From Macrostomum hystrix (taxonomy: Eukaryota; Animalia; Platyhelminthes), in NCBI GenBank assembly GCA_950097015.1, contig CATNEN010000001.1, positions 372,001-436,000 of the forward strand: a DNA stretch of 64,000 nt, written 5' to 3'. The position numbers were made by a program, and so were the translations under genes. Below the pieces are notes generated by a model. That model was not told the DNA's origin and ran no database searches. It saw only the letters and a list, made by a program, of their open reading frames with translations. Below, piece after piece: positions 38,201-50,500 of the stretch (its first letter is position 1; each line of letters opens with the position of its first letter).

Positions 38201-41200
38201 TGACAAGCCCCCAAAGCCTTCTCTCAGCAACTGCGCTCCAAATGAATGTGACCTCGCCATGGAATCGAGCTTAGGGACCTTGGAGGCAAACGCGTTAGAC
38301 TACTCTGCCACTCACCCCTCCACCCGAAGATCATTGTAAGACCGGAAAGATCATAAGAAGATGGGAAAATAATGTGATACCTTTGACGACATGAGAAGTT
38401 AAAAGAAAGCATAAATATGGAATATCACATCACGATTTATCCCAGAGCACGGCCTACACCAGGGTGATGACGCCGCAGCAGTTCGCTCGCTCACTGCACT
38501 TTCTAACTCTAGACGTCAGCCCCGAGAAGCTGAAGCTGCTAGCCAAGAAGTTCGCCGACCAGGCCACCGGGGACGTCAACTATCCGGCCTTCGCAGAGGC
38601 GGTGGACTCGGACTTCTGTCAGCAGCGAGTGTCACGTCAGGTTGATCTCGAAACACGGGCCGCCCAGGCTGAGACCAGGGACTGGCAGGCCATTGTTGAA
38701 AGGCCGGTTGTCACCGTGGGTGATTGCGTCACCTACGATGAGCTCATGGTCCGCATCAGATCCTTAGTGTTGAGCACCAGGGCCAGGGTGAGTTTCTTAA
38801 GGTGGTTCAAAATTAGCTTGGGAGATTGGGATATGGGACATTGGGATATGGGAGATTGGGATATGGGACATTGGGATATGGGACATTGGGATATGGGACA
38901 TTGGGATATGGGACATTGGGATATGGGACATTGGGATATGGGACATTGGGATATGGGACATTGGGATATGGGACATTGGGATATGGGACATTGGGATATG
39001 GGACATTGGGATATGGGACATTGGGATATGGGACATTGGGATATGGGACATTGGGATATGGGACATTGGGATATGGGACATTGGGATATGGGACATTGGG
39101 ATATGGGACATTGGGATATGGGACATTGGGATATGGGACATTGGGATATGGGACATTGGGATATGGGACATTGGGATATGAGACATTGGGATATGGGACA
39201 TTGGGATTTACAGATGGGAGATTCAGAAACGGGGGATTTATGAATCGGGGATTTAGAGATCGGGGATTCAGAAATCGGAAAGTGGCAGAAGAGGAAGTTT
39301 AGAAAAAATGTCGAACTTAAAAATCACGTGAAGCGTTGAATCGTCGTCAATAACAGGTGAAGGATTTCTTCGTTGACTACGACACCCTGCGCAGCGGCTT
39401 GATGACCCGGTCGCAGTTCCAGCGCTGCCTGTCTCAGCTGGGGCTCAGCAAACTGGGCTGGCACGATTTGAGCAGTCGGCAGTTGGACCTGCTCTGCAGT
39501 CACTATGCCGACTCGAGGGACGCGGAGAAAGTTCGCTGGATGGACTTTGTGGCGGATGTGGATAGCGGTGAGTTCAGATCGGGTAGGGATCAACTCAACA
39601 CATGGAATGGGGAAGAGAAGCAAGGGGAACATGATTGAGGGAAGTTGAAGATGAAGAAGAGGGAGACGGGGAAAAGGGAGATGGGGAAATGAGGATAGGA
39701 AATGGAAGATAGGGAAATTAGAGATGGGGAAATAAGAGATGGGGAAATGGGAGATGGGGAAATCGGAGATGGGGAAATGGGAGACGGGGAAATGGGAGAT
39801 AAAAATGGGAAGGTGTAGATGAAGGGAATGTAATTAGATAATAAGAGACAGTCCAAAAGGCATCACACAAATGTCGCATTTTCCAGTGTTCACCAAAACC
39901 GGCCTGGAGAAGGACCCATTCGCAGCCGTGCCACCGCAGGAGCTGTTCGTGGCTCCCAAGCCAGGCACAGTGAACTGGGAGGCGGCCGCGACGCCGCAGC
40001 ACCGCAGCTGCTACGACCAGGCGCTGGAGCGTCTGGCTCTGAAGGTCGCCCAGCGTCGAATGCTAGTCAGGCCGACTTTCCGCGACTTTGACAAGCACCG
40101 TCGGGGCACAATGTCCCGAAACCAGTTCCGCCAGGCCATGACGATGCTGGGCCTGCACTGCGAAGCCGAGGAACTCGACGCTATTGAAGCTCGATTCACA
40201 GTGGACGAGGGTTTCAACTACGCGGCATTCCTGGAAGATCTGGAGCCGGAGAAGCCGGTGGAGTTCATGTACGGCAAGCGGCTGCAGGAGCTCCGCCTGG
40301 TACAGTCGCGGGGCCGCCTGCCCGACCTGAGAACCGCCACCGACGCCGACCAGGTTCTCTGGCGGATTCGAACCAAGGCGGTGCGCGAGCGAATCCGGGT
40401 GCACGAATTCCTGCGAGACTTCGACAAACTGCGCAGCGGCCGAATCTCCAAGGTCACTTTCCGACGGGCCCTCAGCGGCAGCGGCCTGCAGTTGACCGAG
40501 TCTGAGTTCAGCCATCTGGAGGATCTGTAAGCTCGCAAATAAGTTTTTCGATACATGTAGGCTCAGTTGTGGCCCGATCATTATTCTGCCCAGATACACA
40601 AAGGCAATGCACATAAATATGGCGCTCTGACCTATTCCAATATATCTGCTGTCTCATCTCTCCCGTGTCTCATCTCTCCCGTGTCTCATCTCTCCTGTGT
40701 CTTATCTCTCCCGTGTCTTATCTCTCCCGTGCCTCATCTCTCCCATGTCTCATCTCTCCTGTGTCTTATCTATTCCGTATCTCATCTCTCCCGTGTCTCG
40801 TCTCTCCCGTGTCTCATCTCTCCCGTGCTTCATCTCTCCTGTGTCTTATCTCTTCCGTGTCTCATCTCTCCCGTGTCTTATCTCTCCCGTGTCTCATCTC
40901 TCCCGTATCTCATCTCTCCCGTGTCTCATCTCTCCCGTATCTCATCTCTCCCGTGTCTCATCTCTCCCGTGTTTCATCTCTCCCATGTCTCATCTCTCCC
41001 ATGTCTCATCTCTCCTGTGTCTTATCTATTCCGTATCTCATCTCTCCCGTGTCTCGTCTCTCCCGTGTCTCATCTCTCCCGTGCTTCATCTCTCCTGTGT
41101 CTCATCTCTCCCATGTCTCATCTCTCCCGTATCTCATCTCTCCCGTGTCTCATCTCTCCCGTATCTCATCTCTCCCGTATCTCATCTCTTCCGTGTCTCA

Positions 41201-43415
41201 TCTCTCCCGTGTCTCATCTCTCCCGTGTTTCATCTCTCCCATGTCTCATCTCTCCCATGTCTCATCTCTCCTGTGTCTTATCTATTCCGTATCTCATCTC
41301 TCCCGTGTCTCGTCTCTCCCGTGTCTCATCTCTCCCGTGCTTCATCTCTCCTGTGTCTTATCTCTTCCGTGTCTCATCTCTCCCGTGTCTTATCTCTCCC
41401 GTGTCTCATCTCTCCCGTATCTCATCTCTCCCGTGTCTCATCTCTCCCGTATCTCATCTCTTCCGTGTCTCATCTCTCCCGTGTCTCATCTCTCCCATGT
41501 CTCATCTCTCCTGTGTCTTATCTATTCCGTATCTCATCTCTCCCGTGTCTCATCTCTCCCGTATCTCATCTCTTCCGTGTCTCATCTCTCCCGTGTCTCA
41601 TCTCTCCCGTGTTTCATCTCTCCCATGTCTCATCTCTCCCATGTCTCATCTCTCCTGTGTCTTATCTATTCCGTATCTCATCTCTCCCGTGTCTCGTCTC
41701 TCCCGTGTCTCATCTCTCCCGTGCCTCATCTCTCCTGTTTCTTATCTCTCCCGTATCTCATCTCTCCCGTGTCTCATCTCTCCCGTATCTCATCTCTTCC
41801 GTGTCTCATCTCTCCCGTGTCTCATCTCTCCCGTGTTTCATCTCTCCCATGTCTCATCTCTCCCATGTCTCATCTCTCCTGTGTCTTATCTATTCCGTAT
41901 CTCATCTCTCCCGTGTCTCGTCTCTCCCGTGTCTCATCTCTTCCGTGTCTCATCTCTCCCGTATCTCATCTCTCCTGTGTCTTATCTCTCCCGTGTCTCA
42001 TCTCTCCCGTGTCTCATCTCTCCTGTGTCTTATCTCTCCCGTGTCTCATCTCTCCCGTGTCTTATCTCTCCTGTGTCTTATCTCTCCTGTGTCTTATCTC
42101 TCCCGTGTCTCATCTCTTCCGTGTCTCGTCTCTCCCGTGTCTCATCTCTTCCGTGTCTCGTCTCTCCCGTGTCTCATCTCTTCCGTGTCTCATCTCTCCC
42201 GTGTCTCATGTCTCTCGTGTCTTATCACTGCCGCGTCTCATCTGTCTGCCTCATCTCGCCTCAGTCAATCCTATCAGTGAGTTTATTTAGGCACATTTGT
42301 GAGCTCATGCGGCAGGGAAGTGAGCATGCACTGATGATAGACCTATTGTCAAACGCGGCACTCGCAAAGCCCGTCGCACGAATTCACACCGCAGCTACCA
42401 GTCGCCCAAGGATCCGAACGCGGTCGAATGGATGCGATTCGTTGACGATGTCGAAGCCGCCTTCACCCAGAAGCACATGGAGAAAACTCCACTAGCCCAG
42501 CCTGAGCAGTTTGTGCCGGAGCCTGAGAGCTGCATCAACTACCTACCCGCGGATGCTGAGCAGGCTGTTAACAAACTGCTGCTGCTCATCGCTCAGCAGG
42601 TGAGGGGAAGAATATTATTGTAGGGATTTGAAGATGATGGGTCGTCAGAAAGTCGGATACGAAGATATGGGATTTGAGGACGTGGGATAAGGGATTTGAG
42701 GATGTGGGATTTGAGGATGTGGGATTTGAGGATGTGGGATTTGAGGACGTGGGATTTGAGAATGCGGGATTCGAGGATATTGGATTTGAGGACGTGGGAT
42801 TTGAGGATTTGGGATTTGTGGATATAGGATTCGAGGATACGGGATTTGTGGATATAGGATTCGAGGATATGGGATTTGAGGATGTTGGGATTTGAGGATG
42901 TTGGGATTTGAGGATGTGGGATTCGAGGATATGGGTTTTGAGGACGTGGGATTTGAGGATTTGGGATTTGAGGATGTGGGATTTGAGGAAATGGGATTAG
43001 AATACGTGGGATTTGAGAGCTTATTTTTCGAATTATTTGGGATTTAAGGAATTTGGCATTTGGGAATGATTAGAAGGAGGATTTGAGCTGAGAAAGATAA
43101 GATTCATCATACGCTTGTCAAAAGCATTAGCGGGGCCATCAACATCATCCCCCAAAACCGCAGGTCCGAGAGAGGCGCACCCAGATGCTGCCGTTCTTCG
43201 AGAGCTACGACAAAGTGCACCACGGCACAATTTCGCAGAATCAGTTCAGGCGAGTGCTCACAGATCTGGGCATTGTGAGCAGTTTCTCAGAGGAGGAATG
43301 GGCACTGCTTTATCGCAAGTTCAAACAGACGGTTGGCACTAGAGAGGACGTCAATTATTTTTTCTTTGTCGACGTTGTCTACACAATGGCAGGCTTCGAT
43401 ATTAGGAAGCCGTGA
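35256..43415 (+). CDS. Multi-EF-hand repeat protein, ~947 aa (EFCAB6/CFAP115-like). Exons 35256-35373, 35524-36125, 36268-36741, 38446-38787, 39357-39567, 39887-40526, 42395-42599, 43164-43415
   Basis: Repeated RxRVxxFFxDFDKLRSG.VT..QF EF-hand modules. All 7 introns are GT-AG and phase-consistent; total 2844 nt. AATAAA near 43632. Confidence 0.88.
37215..37385. repeat. 20-bp repeat (ctctgagtgtctctatctac)n
   Basis: Direct reading; intronic. Confidence 0.85.
37985..38315 (-). mobile_element. SINE family 1, near full length, intronic
   Basis: Collinear with 6916-7250, including the (ATT)n tail and tRNA head. Confidence 0.88.
38819..39210. repeat. 15-bp minisatellite (tgggacattgggata)n
   Basis: Direct reading; starts about 30 bp after a splice donor. 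Confidence 0.97.
40648..42255. repeat. 16-bp pyrimidine-rich minisatellite (tctcatctctcccgtg)n
   Basis: Direct reading; intronic; all three + frames are open. Confidence 0.97.
42665..43020. repeat. 15-bp repeat (gggatttgaggatgt)n
   Basis: Direct reading; intronic. Confidence 0.9.
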
Positions 43416-43805
43416 TGATTGATTTCTTAGAAAACCTCGTTTATTTCTTAGAAACGTACGAACGAACAGTTGGTTGGCTGTGCGATTTCTGATAAATTTG
43501 AATTATGTTTTTCTTCTTCCTTAAACGACTTTTTTTGGCAAAGAATTTCCGGCTTTTTGTGTTAATTAACTTGTAGCCTAACTTGTAAACGATGAGTACA
43601 AATTTGAATTGAAATCTAATTGACATGGAACCAATAAAATAAATAAGATTGGAGCTTTTAGCATAAGCATAAACAGTAATTCACTAGCGGATTGAAAAAA
43701 TCATGACGACTTCCTTTTCTTGCTTGCTAAGCTTGCTAAGACATTCTAAATAATAATAATAATGTGTTTAATTTAAAAAGGCGTAAACAAAGTTTCATAT
43801 TTTAT

Positions 43806-45765
43806 AAAAAATGGCACTCACCATTAAAAATGGCACTCGCCATTTAAAACGGCACTCACCAGTAAAAATGGCACTCACCAGTAGGAATGGCGCTCACCAT
43901 AAATATGGCACTCACCATTAAAAATGGCACTCAACCATTAAAAATAGCACTCACCATTAAAAATGGCAATCGCCATTTAAAATGGCACTCATCAGTAAGA
44001 ATGGCACTCACCATTAAAAATGGCACCCACCAGAAAAAATGGCACTAACCAATAAAAATGGCACTCAACCATTAAGAATGGCACTCACCATTAAAAATGG
44101 CACTCAACCATTAAAAATGGCACTCACTATTAAAAATGGCAATCGCCATTTAAAATGGCACTCATCAGTAAGAATGGCACTCACCATTAAAAATGGCACC
44201 CACCAGAAAAAATGGCACTAACCAATAAAAATGGCACTCAACCATTAAAAATGGCACTCACCATTAAAAATGGCACTCAACCATTAAAAATGACACCCAC
44301 CATTAAAAATGGCACTCACCATTAAAAATAGCACTCACCAGTAAAAATGGCACTCACCATAAAAAATGGCACTCAACCATTAAAAATGGCACCCACCAGA
44401 AAAAATGGCACTTACCATTAAAAATAGCACTCACCAGAAAAAAAGGCACTTACCATTAAAAATAGCACTCACCAGAAAAAAAGGCACTCAACCATTAAAA
44501 ATGGCACCCACCAGAAAAAATGGCACTTACCATTAAAAATGGCACTCAACCATTAAAAATGGCACCCACCAGAAAAAATGGCACTAACCATTAAAAATGG
44601 CACTCAACCATTAAAAATAGCACTCACCATTTAAAACGGCACTCACCAGTAAAAATGGCACTCACCAGTAGGAATGGCGCTCACCATAAATATGGCACTC
44701 ACCATTAAAAATGGCACTCAACCATTAAAAATAGCACTCACCATTAAAAATGGCAATCGCCATTTAAAATGGCACTCATCAGTAAGAATGGCACTCACCA
44801 TTAAAAATGGCACCCACCAGAAAAAATGGCACTAACCAATAAAAATGGCACTCAACCATTAAGAATGGCACTCACCATTAAAAATGGCACTCAACCATTA
44901 AAAATGGCACTCACTATTAAAAATGGCAATCGCCATTTAAAATGGCACTCATCAGTAAGAATGGCACTCACCATTAAAAATGGCACCCACCAGAAAAAAT
45001 GGCACTAACCAATAAAAATGGCACTCAACCATTAAAAATGGCACTCACCATTAAAAATGGCACTCAACCATTAAAAATGACACCCACCATTAAAAATGGC
45101 ACTCACCATTAAAAATAGCACTCACCAGTAAAAATGGCACTCACCATAAAAAATGGCACTCAACCATTAAAAATGGCACCCACCAGAAAAAATGGCACTT
45201 ACCATTAAAAATAGCACTCACCAGAAAAAAAGGCACTTACCATTAAAAATAGCACTCACCAGAAAAAAAGGCACTCAACCATTAAAAATGGCACCCACCA
45301 GAAAAAATGGCACTTACCATTAAAAATGGCACTCAACCATTAAAAATGGCACCCACCAGAAAAAATGGCACTAACCATTAAAAATGGCACTCAACCATTA
45401 AAAATAGCACTCACCATTAAAAATGGCACTCACCAGTAAAAATGGCACTCATCAGTAAGAATGGCACTCACCATTAAAAATGGCACTCACCATTAAAAAT
45501 GGCACTCAACCATTAAAAATGGCACTCACCATTAAAAATGGCACCAACCAGAAAAAATGGCACTAACCATTAAAAAAAGCACTCACCATTAAAAATGGCA
45601 CTCACCAGTAAAAATGGCACTCATCAGTAAGAATGGCACTCACCATTAAAATTGGCACTCCCCATTAAATATGGCACTCCCCATTAAATATGGCACTCCC
45701 CATTAAATATGGCACTCCGCATTAGAAATGGCACTCATTATTAAAATGGCACTCTCCAATAGTAA
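43806..45765. repeat. 19-20-bp minisatellite (aaaaatggcactcaccatt)n with a 787-bp internal duplication
   Basis: Direct reading; identical ORFs at 44039 and 44826. Confidence 0.96.
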
Positions 45766-46245
45766 AAACGACAATAGAGTTAAAAAACGGAACTCACTCA
45801 ACAAATCGATAAATAAAATGCGGAGCAAATTAAATAGAATTAGATTCGGTTTTAAAACTAAGCAGTTAAACAGTTGCTTTACACAAGAAGATACTCTAAA
45901 AAATCAATATTCTAATTCAAACAGAATCACATATAGCAAATCACTTATCGGTTTAAATACTGCCAACCGATTCTACACAGACTTGCCAGGGCATGCTATA
46001 TTTATTCACTCGAGGCCAAAATACCCACACTACAAAGATGCAGTGCTAACTAGCAGTAGGCACGGGATATTTGATAATGTTGTTCAACCTTAATTTATTT
46101 GTGCAGGCAATATTGTCAAAGATAAGATCTTCTTCAATTGATTTCCTTAAGTCTTTGAAGTAGCTACCGATATGTAAACACGATAATACAACTTGTGCAC
46201 TCAATAACCTAATCCTTCTTCCTTGGTAAAAACAACTGTTAACGT

Positions 46246-46494
46246 TGTCATTAGTGATGGGATTAAACTGTCATTAGTGATGGGATTAAACTGTCATCAG
46301 TGATGGGATTAAACTGTCAACAGTGATGGGATTAAACTGTCATCAGGGATGGGATTAAACTGTCATCAGTGATAGGATTAAACTGTCATCAGTGATGGGA
46401 TTAAACTGTCATCAGTGATGGGATTAAACTGTCATTAGTGATGGGATTAAACTGTCATCAGTGACGGGATTAAACTGTCATCAGTGATAGGATT
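46246..46494. repeat. 23-bp minisatellite (gtcatcagtgatgggattaaact)n
   Basis: Direct reading. Confidence 0.95.
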
Positions 46495-46681
46495 TGGCTT
46501 ACAAAGCACAAACCAGAAATCGTTAAAAGCGAGTTTTTTATAGCAATGAAACAGCCAATTTTATGGTAATTTTTTTTGCAGAAAAACTAATTATTTATAG
46601 TTGAAGAACTTAATTTATTTTTTTATTGTCTATGTACATAAAAGCACAAAAGATTATTGACTATACGATATAAAAAAATTT

Positions 46682-47010
46682 AGAATGAGACAGGGTGCGA
46701 TAAAGAATGAGACAGGGTGAGATAAGGAATGAGACAGGGTGAGATAACGAATGAGACGGGGTGAGATTAAGAATGAGACTGGTGAGATTAAGAATGAGAC
46801 AGGGTGAGATTAAGAATTAGATGGGTGAGATTAAGAATGAGATAGGGTGAGATTAAGAATCAGATGGGTGAGATAAAGAATGAGACGGGGTGAGATTAAG
46901 AATGAGACTGTGAGATTAAGAATGAGACAGGGTGAGATTAAGAATCAGATAGGTGAGATAATTAAAGAGACTGGTGAGATTAAGAATCAGATGGGTGAGA
47001 TAAGAATGAG
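46682..47010. repeat. Degenerate ~22-bp repeat (gaatgagacagggtgagattaa)n
   Basis: Direct reading; abuts the MTRFR stop codon. Confidence 0.88.
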
Positions 47011-47017
47011 CAGATAG

Positions 47018-47476
47018 TCAAGGAACACTTTTCTTGGAGTCAATTAAAGTTGCAGAGGCATCATTAACTTGGCAGTCATTTCCTGTATCATCCTGCTGCT
47101 GCTGCTGCTGAATTTCCGCTTTTAGTTTCCGCTTCAACTCTAGCCTGGCAACACTGCGGCTATGCTCGTAGCGACCTTTAGCGCGTAGTTGGCGTTCCTC
47201 TACAACGGCGAAAGCGTGCTCGCCGTTGAAAAACACGTCCAATTTCTCTTGCATTCTTTCGCGAGCGATTCGGCGATTCTCGTGCAACGACCTGGTGTCC
47301 TGGCACTGCACTCTGATGCCGCTGGGCAGGTGCGTTAGCACCACCTGGCGATTGGGCAATGGGCACAGGTTAGACTGTGATAAACGGAGATACAGACAGA
47401 CAGACAGACAGCCACCCAGGACAGACAACCTGACAGGCAGACAGACAGACACCCAGGACAGACAGACGGACTGACT

Positions 47477-47516
<40 letters not shown>

Positions 47517-47550
47517 GCCTGGCAGACAGACACCCAGGACAGACACCCAG

Positions 47551-47590
<40 letters not shown>

Positions 47591-50500
47591 GGTAGTCTGG
47601 CAGACAGAAGGACAGAGACAGGGAGACAGACAGGCAGACAGACAGACAGGCAGACAGACAGGCAGGCAGACACCTGGTGTCGGATTCATCTGGCAATCCT
47701 CCACGTTAATTCAAGCTTGCCCTACTGCGCTAAATTTAACTCCTTGTTACACCTTGTTTACCCATAGACACCCCCAGCCTCAACTGTACTCTTAAATTAA
47801 ATACAAAGTCGCCCAGCCGTTCCCCAAAAGAAACTACACACACGCATGTTCGTTCTAGCAACTTAAGCTTAACATAAAGCCTTTGTCTCAGTCAGTTGAC
47901 GACAAATTGGTAGCAGAGCGTGGTTTGTTTGGCACCAAGGCAATGGTCAACACTCGCGCGACCTCAGCCGAGACTGGGGATACAACCGACCCGATTTCTG
48001 GGGATCATGCAGGACAGGAGCAAGCAACGGGAGGGGCGACCGCTGGACCATCGGCACCACTGCTTCAGCCGACAGTTGCCGGCCAGCCGCCAGCCAACCA
48101 GGACATGCTTCAGCACCTACTCGGCGTCATGGTCACCATGATGCAGCAAAACCAGCAACTACTTACTCAGCTTCAAAGCCAGACAGCGGCAGCCCCACCG
48201 GCGCCAGCGGCGGTGCCAGATGCGAACCCACTGCCCACGGCCCGCCGCCCGGCTTCCTTCGTCGGCGATAGCGTCCTGCGCAACGCACGACTACCGACAT
48301 TCGATGGTGAGGACCCCGCAGCATTCCCAGCGTTCTGGGGCGCGTTCGATCATCGAATTCATGCCCTAGAAATGTCTCCCGTCGACAAGTTTGAGGTCCT
48401 TCGAGGTCTCCTCACGGGGGCCGCGTTGCGGAAGCTCGGAGGTCTGGACGCTTGCCAGCCCGGCGCGTACGAGGAGGCGCGGCGGATTCTGGAATATAAC
48501 TACGGCGATTTGCAAGAGCAGAAGAGCGCATGCTACAAACGCCTCCTGGACATGCCACGTCTCAACGACGTCGACTTCCGAACGCTGGAACCCTTCGCGG
48601 ACGCACTTCGTCTCACTGTGGGTCAGCTTGCCCGGCTGCAGGAGCCGGAAGCGGCGATGGACGCATACATCCACGCCTTGTGGCCGAAGTTACCTATCGC
48701 GCTCCGGACAGACATTCAGGACGCCCGCATTAAAGCCACTCAGTCGCCCATGCCCACTATGACCGACTTGCAAGGACACTTGGACGCGAAGCTACGCGTT
48801 CTCCGTGCCGCCAGGACTGTGACAAACGAAGCTCCAGCCGAAGCACCCTACTCCGGTGCCAGTCTCCTCGGCGCGACATCAAACTCTTGCCCACCGGCGG
48901 CGCAGAACTCAGGACGCAGCTACGCCGCCGGCAGACATCAGCATGGCCCTAGTCGCAAAAACACCATCCGCTGTCAGGATATCGCCGGATGCGTCTACTG
49001 CGACCAGAGCGGTCACAATGCGTCTCGCTGTGACCGTGTCACCCAGCCCGAGGACCGATTCAGTGCTGTCCGACGGAAGAAACTGTGTTTCAATTGCCTT
49101 GGGGATCACGAGGCACGGCATTGCCCCTCTTCCAGCCGGTGCCGCAAGTGCGGCTCCAAGCACCATACCTCTCTTCATGGCGCTTACCCGAGGGAACCCG
49201 CCATCCAAACTGGAGCAGGCCCCTCGGCGCACTCGCGAAGGCCGCATCAGCCGATAGTCAATTCGCATCTCAGTGGCACCTCCCCCCTTGTGGAATCGAC
49301 GGAGGATTCATCCGGCCCTGTTAACGCCATCTCCTGCGTCTCGTCCGCGCAGGATAGCCTCCTTCAGCCCATAGTGATGGCCACCTTCTCTGCTCCAGCT
49401 GTGAACCCGGCAACTGGGGATTCGGCTCCGATCACGGCCCTTATCGATGGCGGTTGCAGCTACACCTACCTTCGAGGCGACATAGCCCGGCGAATCGGCC
49501 TCCAGTCCCTCGGTACAATCAGCCTCGACAGCTCTGCGTGTCATGCCGAATCTCGCCGTCGCGTGCACGCCAACATTGTTCGCCTGGAATTAGCCACACT
49601 GGATGGTCGACGCATGCCGCTGAAGGTGCTCTCAGTCGAGAGGATTGCTCCAGCCATTCACTTACAGGCGCTACAGCTTCCGAAAGATATTCTAACAACC
49701 CTCGCCCATCTGCCTCTTGGGATTGCCAATGCACCCCCGATGGTGGACAAGGAGGTGGACCTGGATCTGCTGATTGGAAATGATTATGCACAGTTACTCG
49801 TAGGCCCGAGCGTTGGTGCAATACCCCTACGTCGCAGCTTCACCGCTCACCTGACCCCGTTTGGAGCTGTCCTTACCGGCTCCCTCACAGGAACCTCGGA
49901 CACCCATGCCATCTGCACCCGGGCCACCGAACTCCTCTGTACCGGGCGCCTCATCGTCAACTCACTCCACGGCTTGACAGAGCAACCTGTCCCGGACAAC
50001 CTGTCCCATCTGGAGCTACTTGTAGATAGGATGACCAGTCTCGAGATCCTCGGTCTGGGTCCAAACACAGAACGGACCACGCAAAGCGAAGATCTCCAGA
50101 CCAAGCGCCTTCTGGATTCTGCCACTCGGGAACCCGATGGCCGTTTCTCAGTCGCTCTCCCCTTCAAGCCAGGAGCCGAGCAGCTTCCTTCGAATTTCGG
50201 CCAAGCCTATGGCCGTGCTCGCGCAGTTCACAACCGCCTGGATCTCTTGCAACGCATGAAGTACTACGCTGAGTTCGAGAAACGTAAAACCGAGGGCGTA
50301 CTCGAGATCGTCGACAGTCGGTCGCCACCTGGACCGATCGTTCACGTCCTACCTCACTTCCCGGTGATAAAGGAATCAAGTAACACAACAAAAATACGAC
50401 CCGTCGTTGACGCCTCCGCTCCGACATCCCTTGGAGGCAGCTGCTTGAATGACCTCCTGGAGACTGGACCAAACCTCCTAACCGACCTTCTCCAGGTCCA

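Noticed and set aside
40567-42495. Three overlapping ORFs over 500 aa
   Set aside because: A stop-free 16-bp repeat inside a well-defined intron.
47883-47942. ORF-track start of Gag-Pol inside the LTR
   Set aside because: A TTG start overlapping the LTR and PBS; the first ATG is at 47943.
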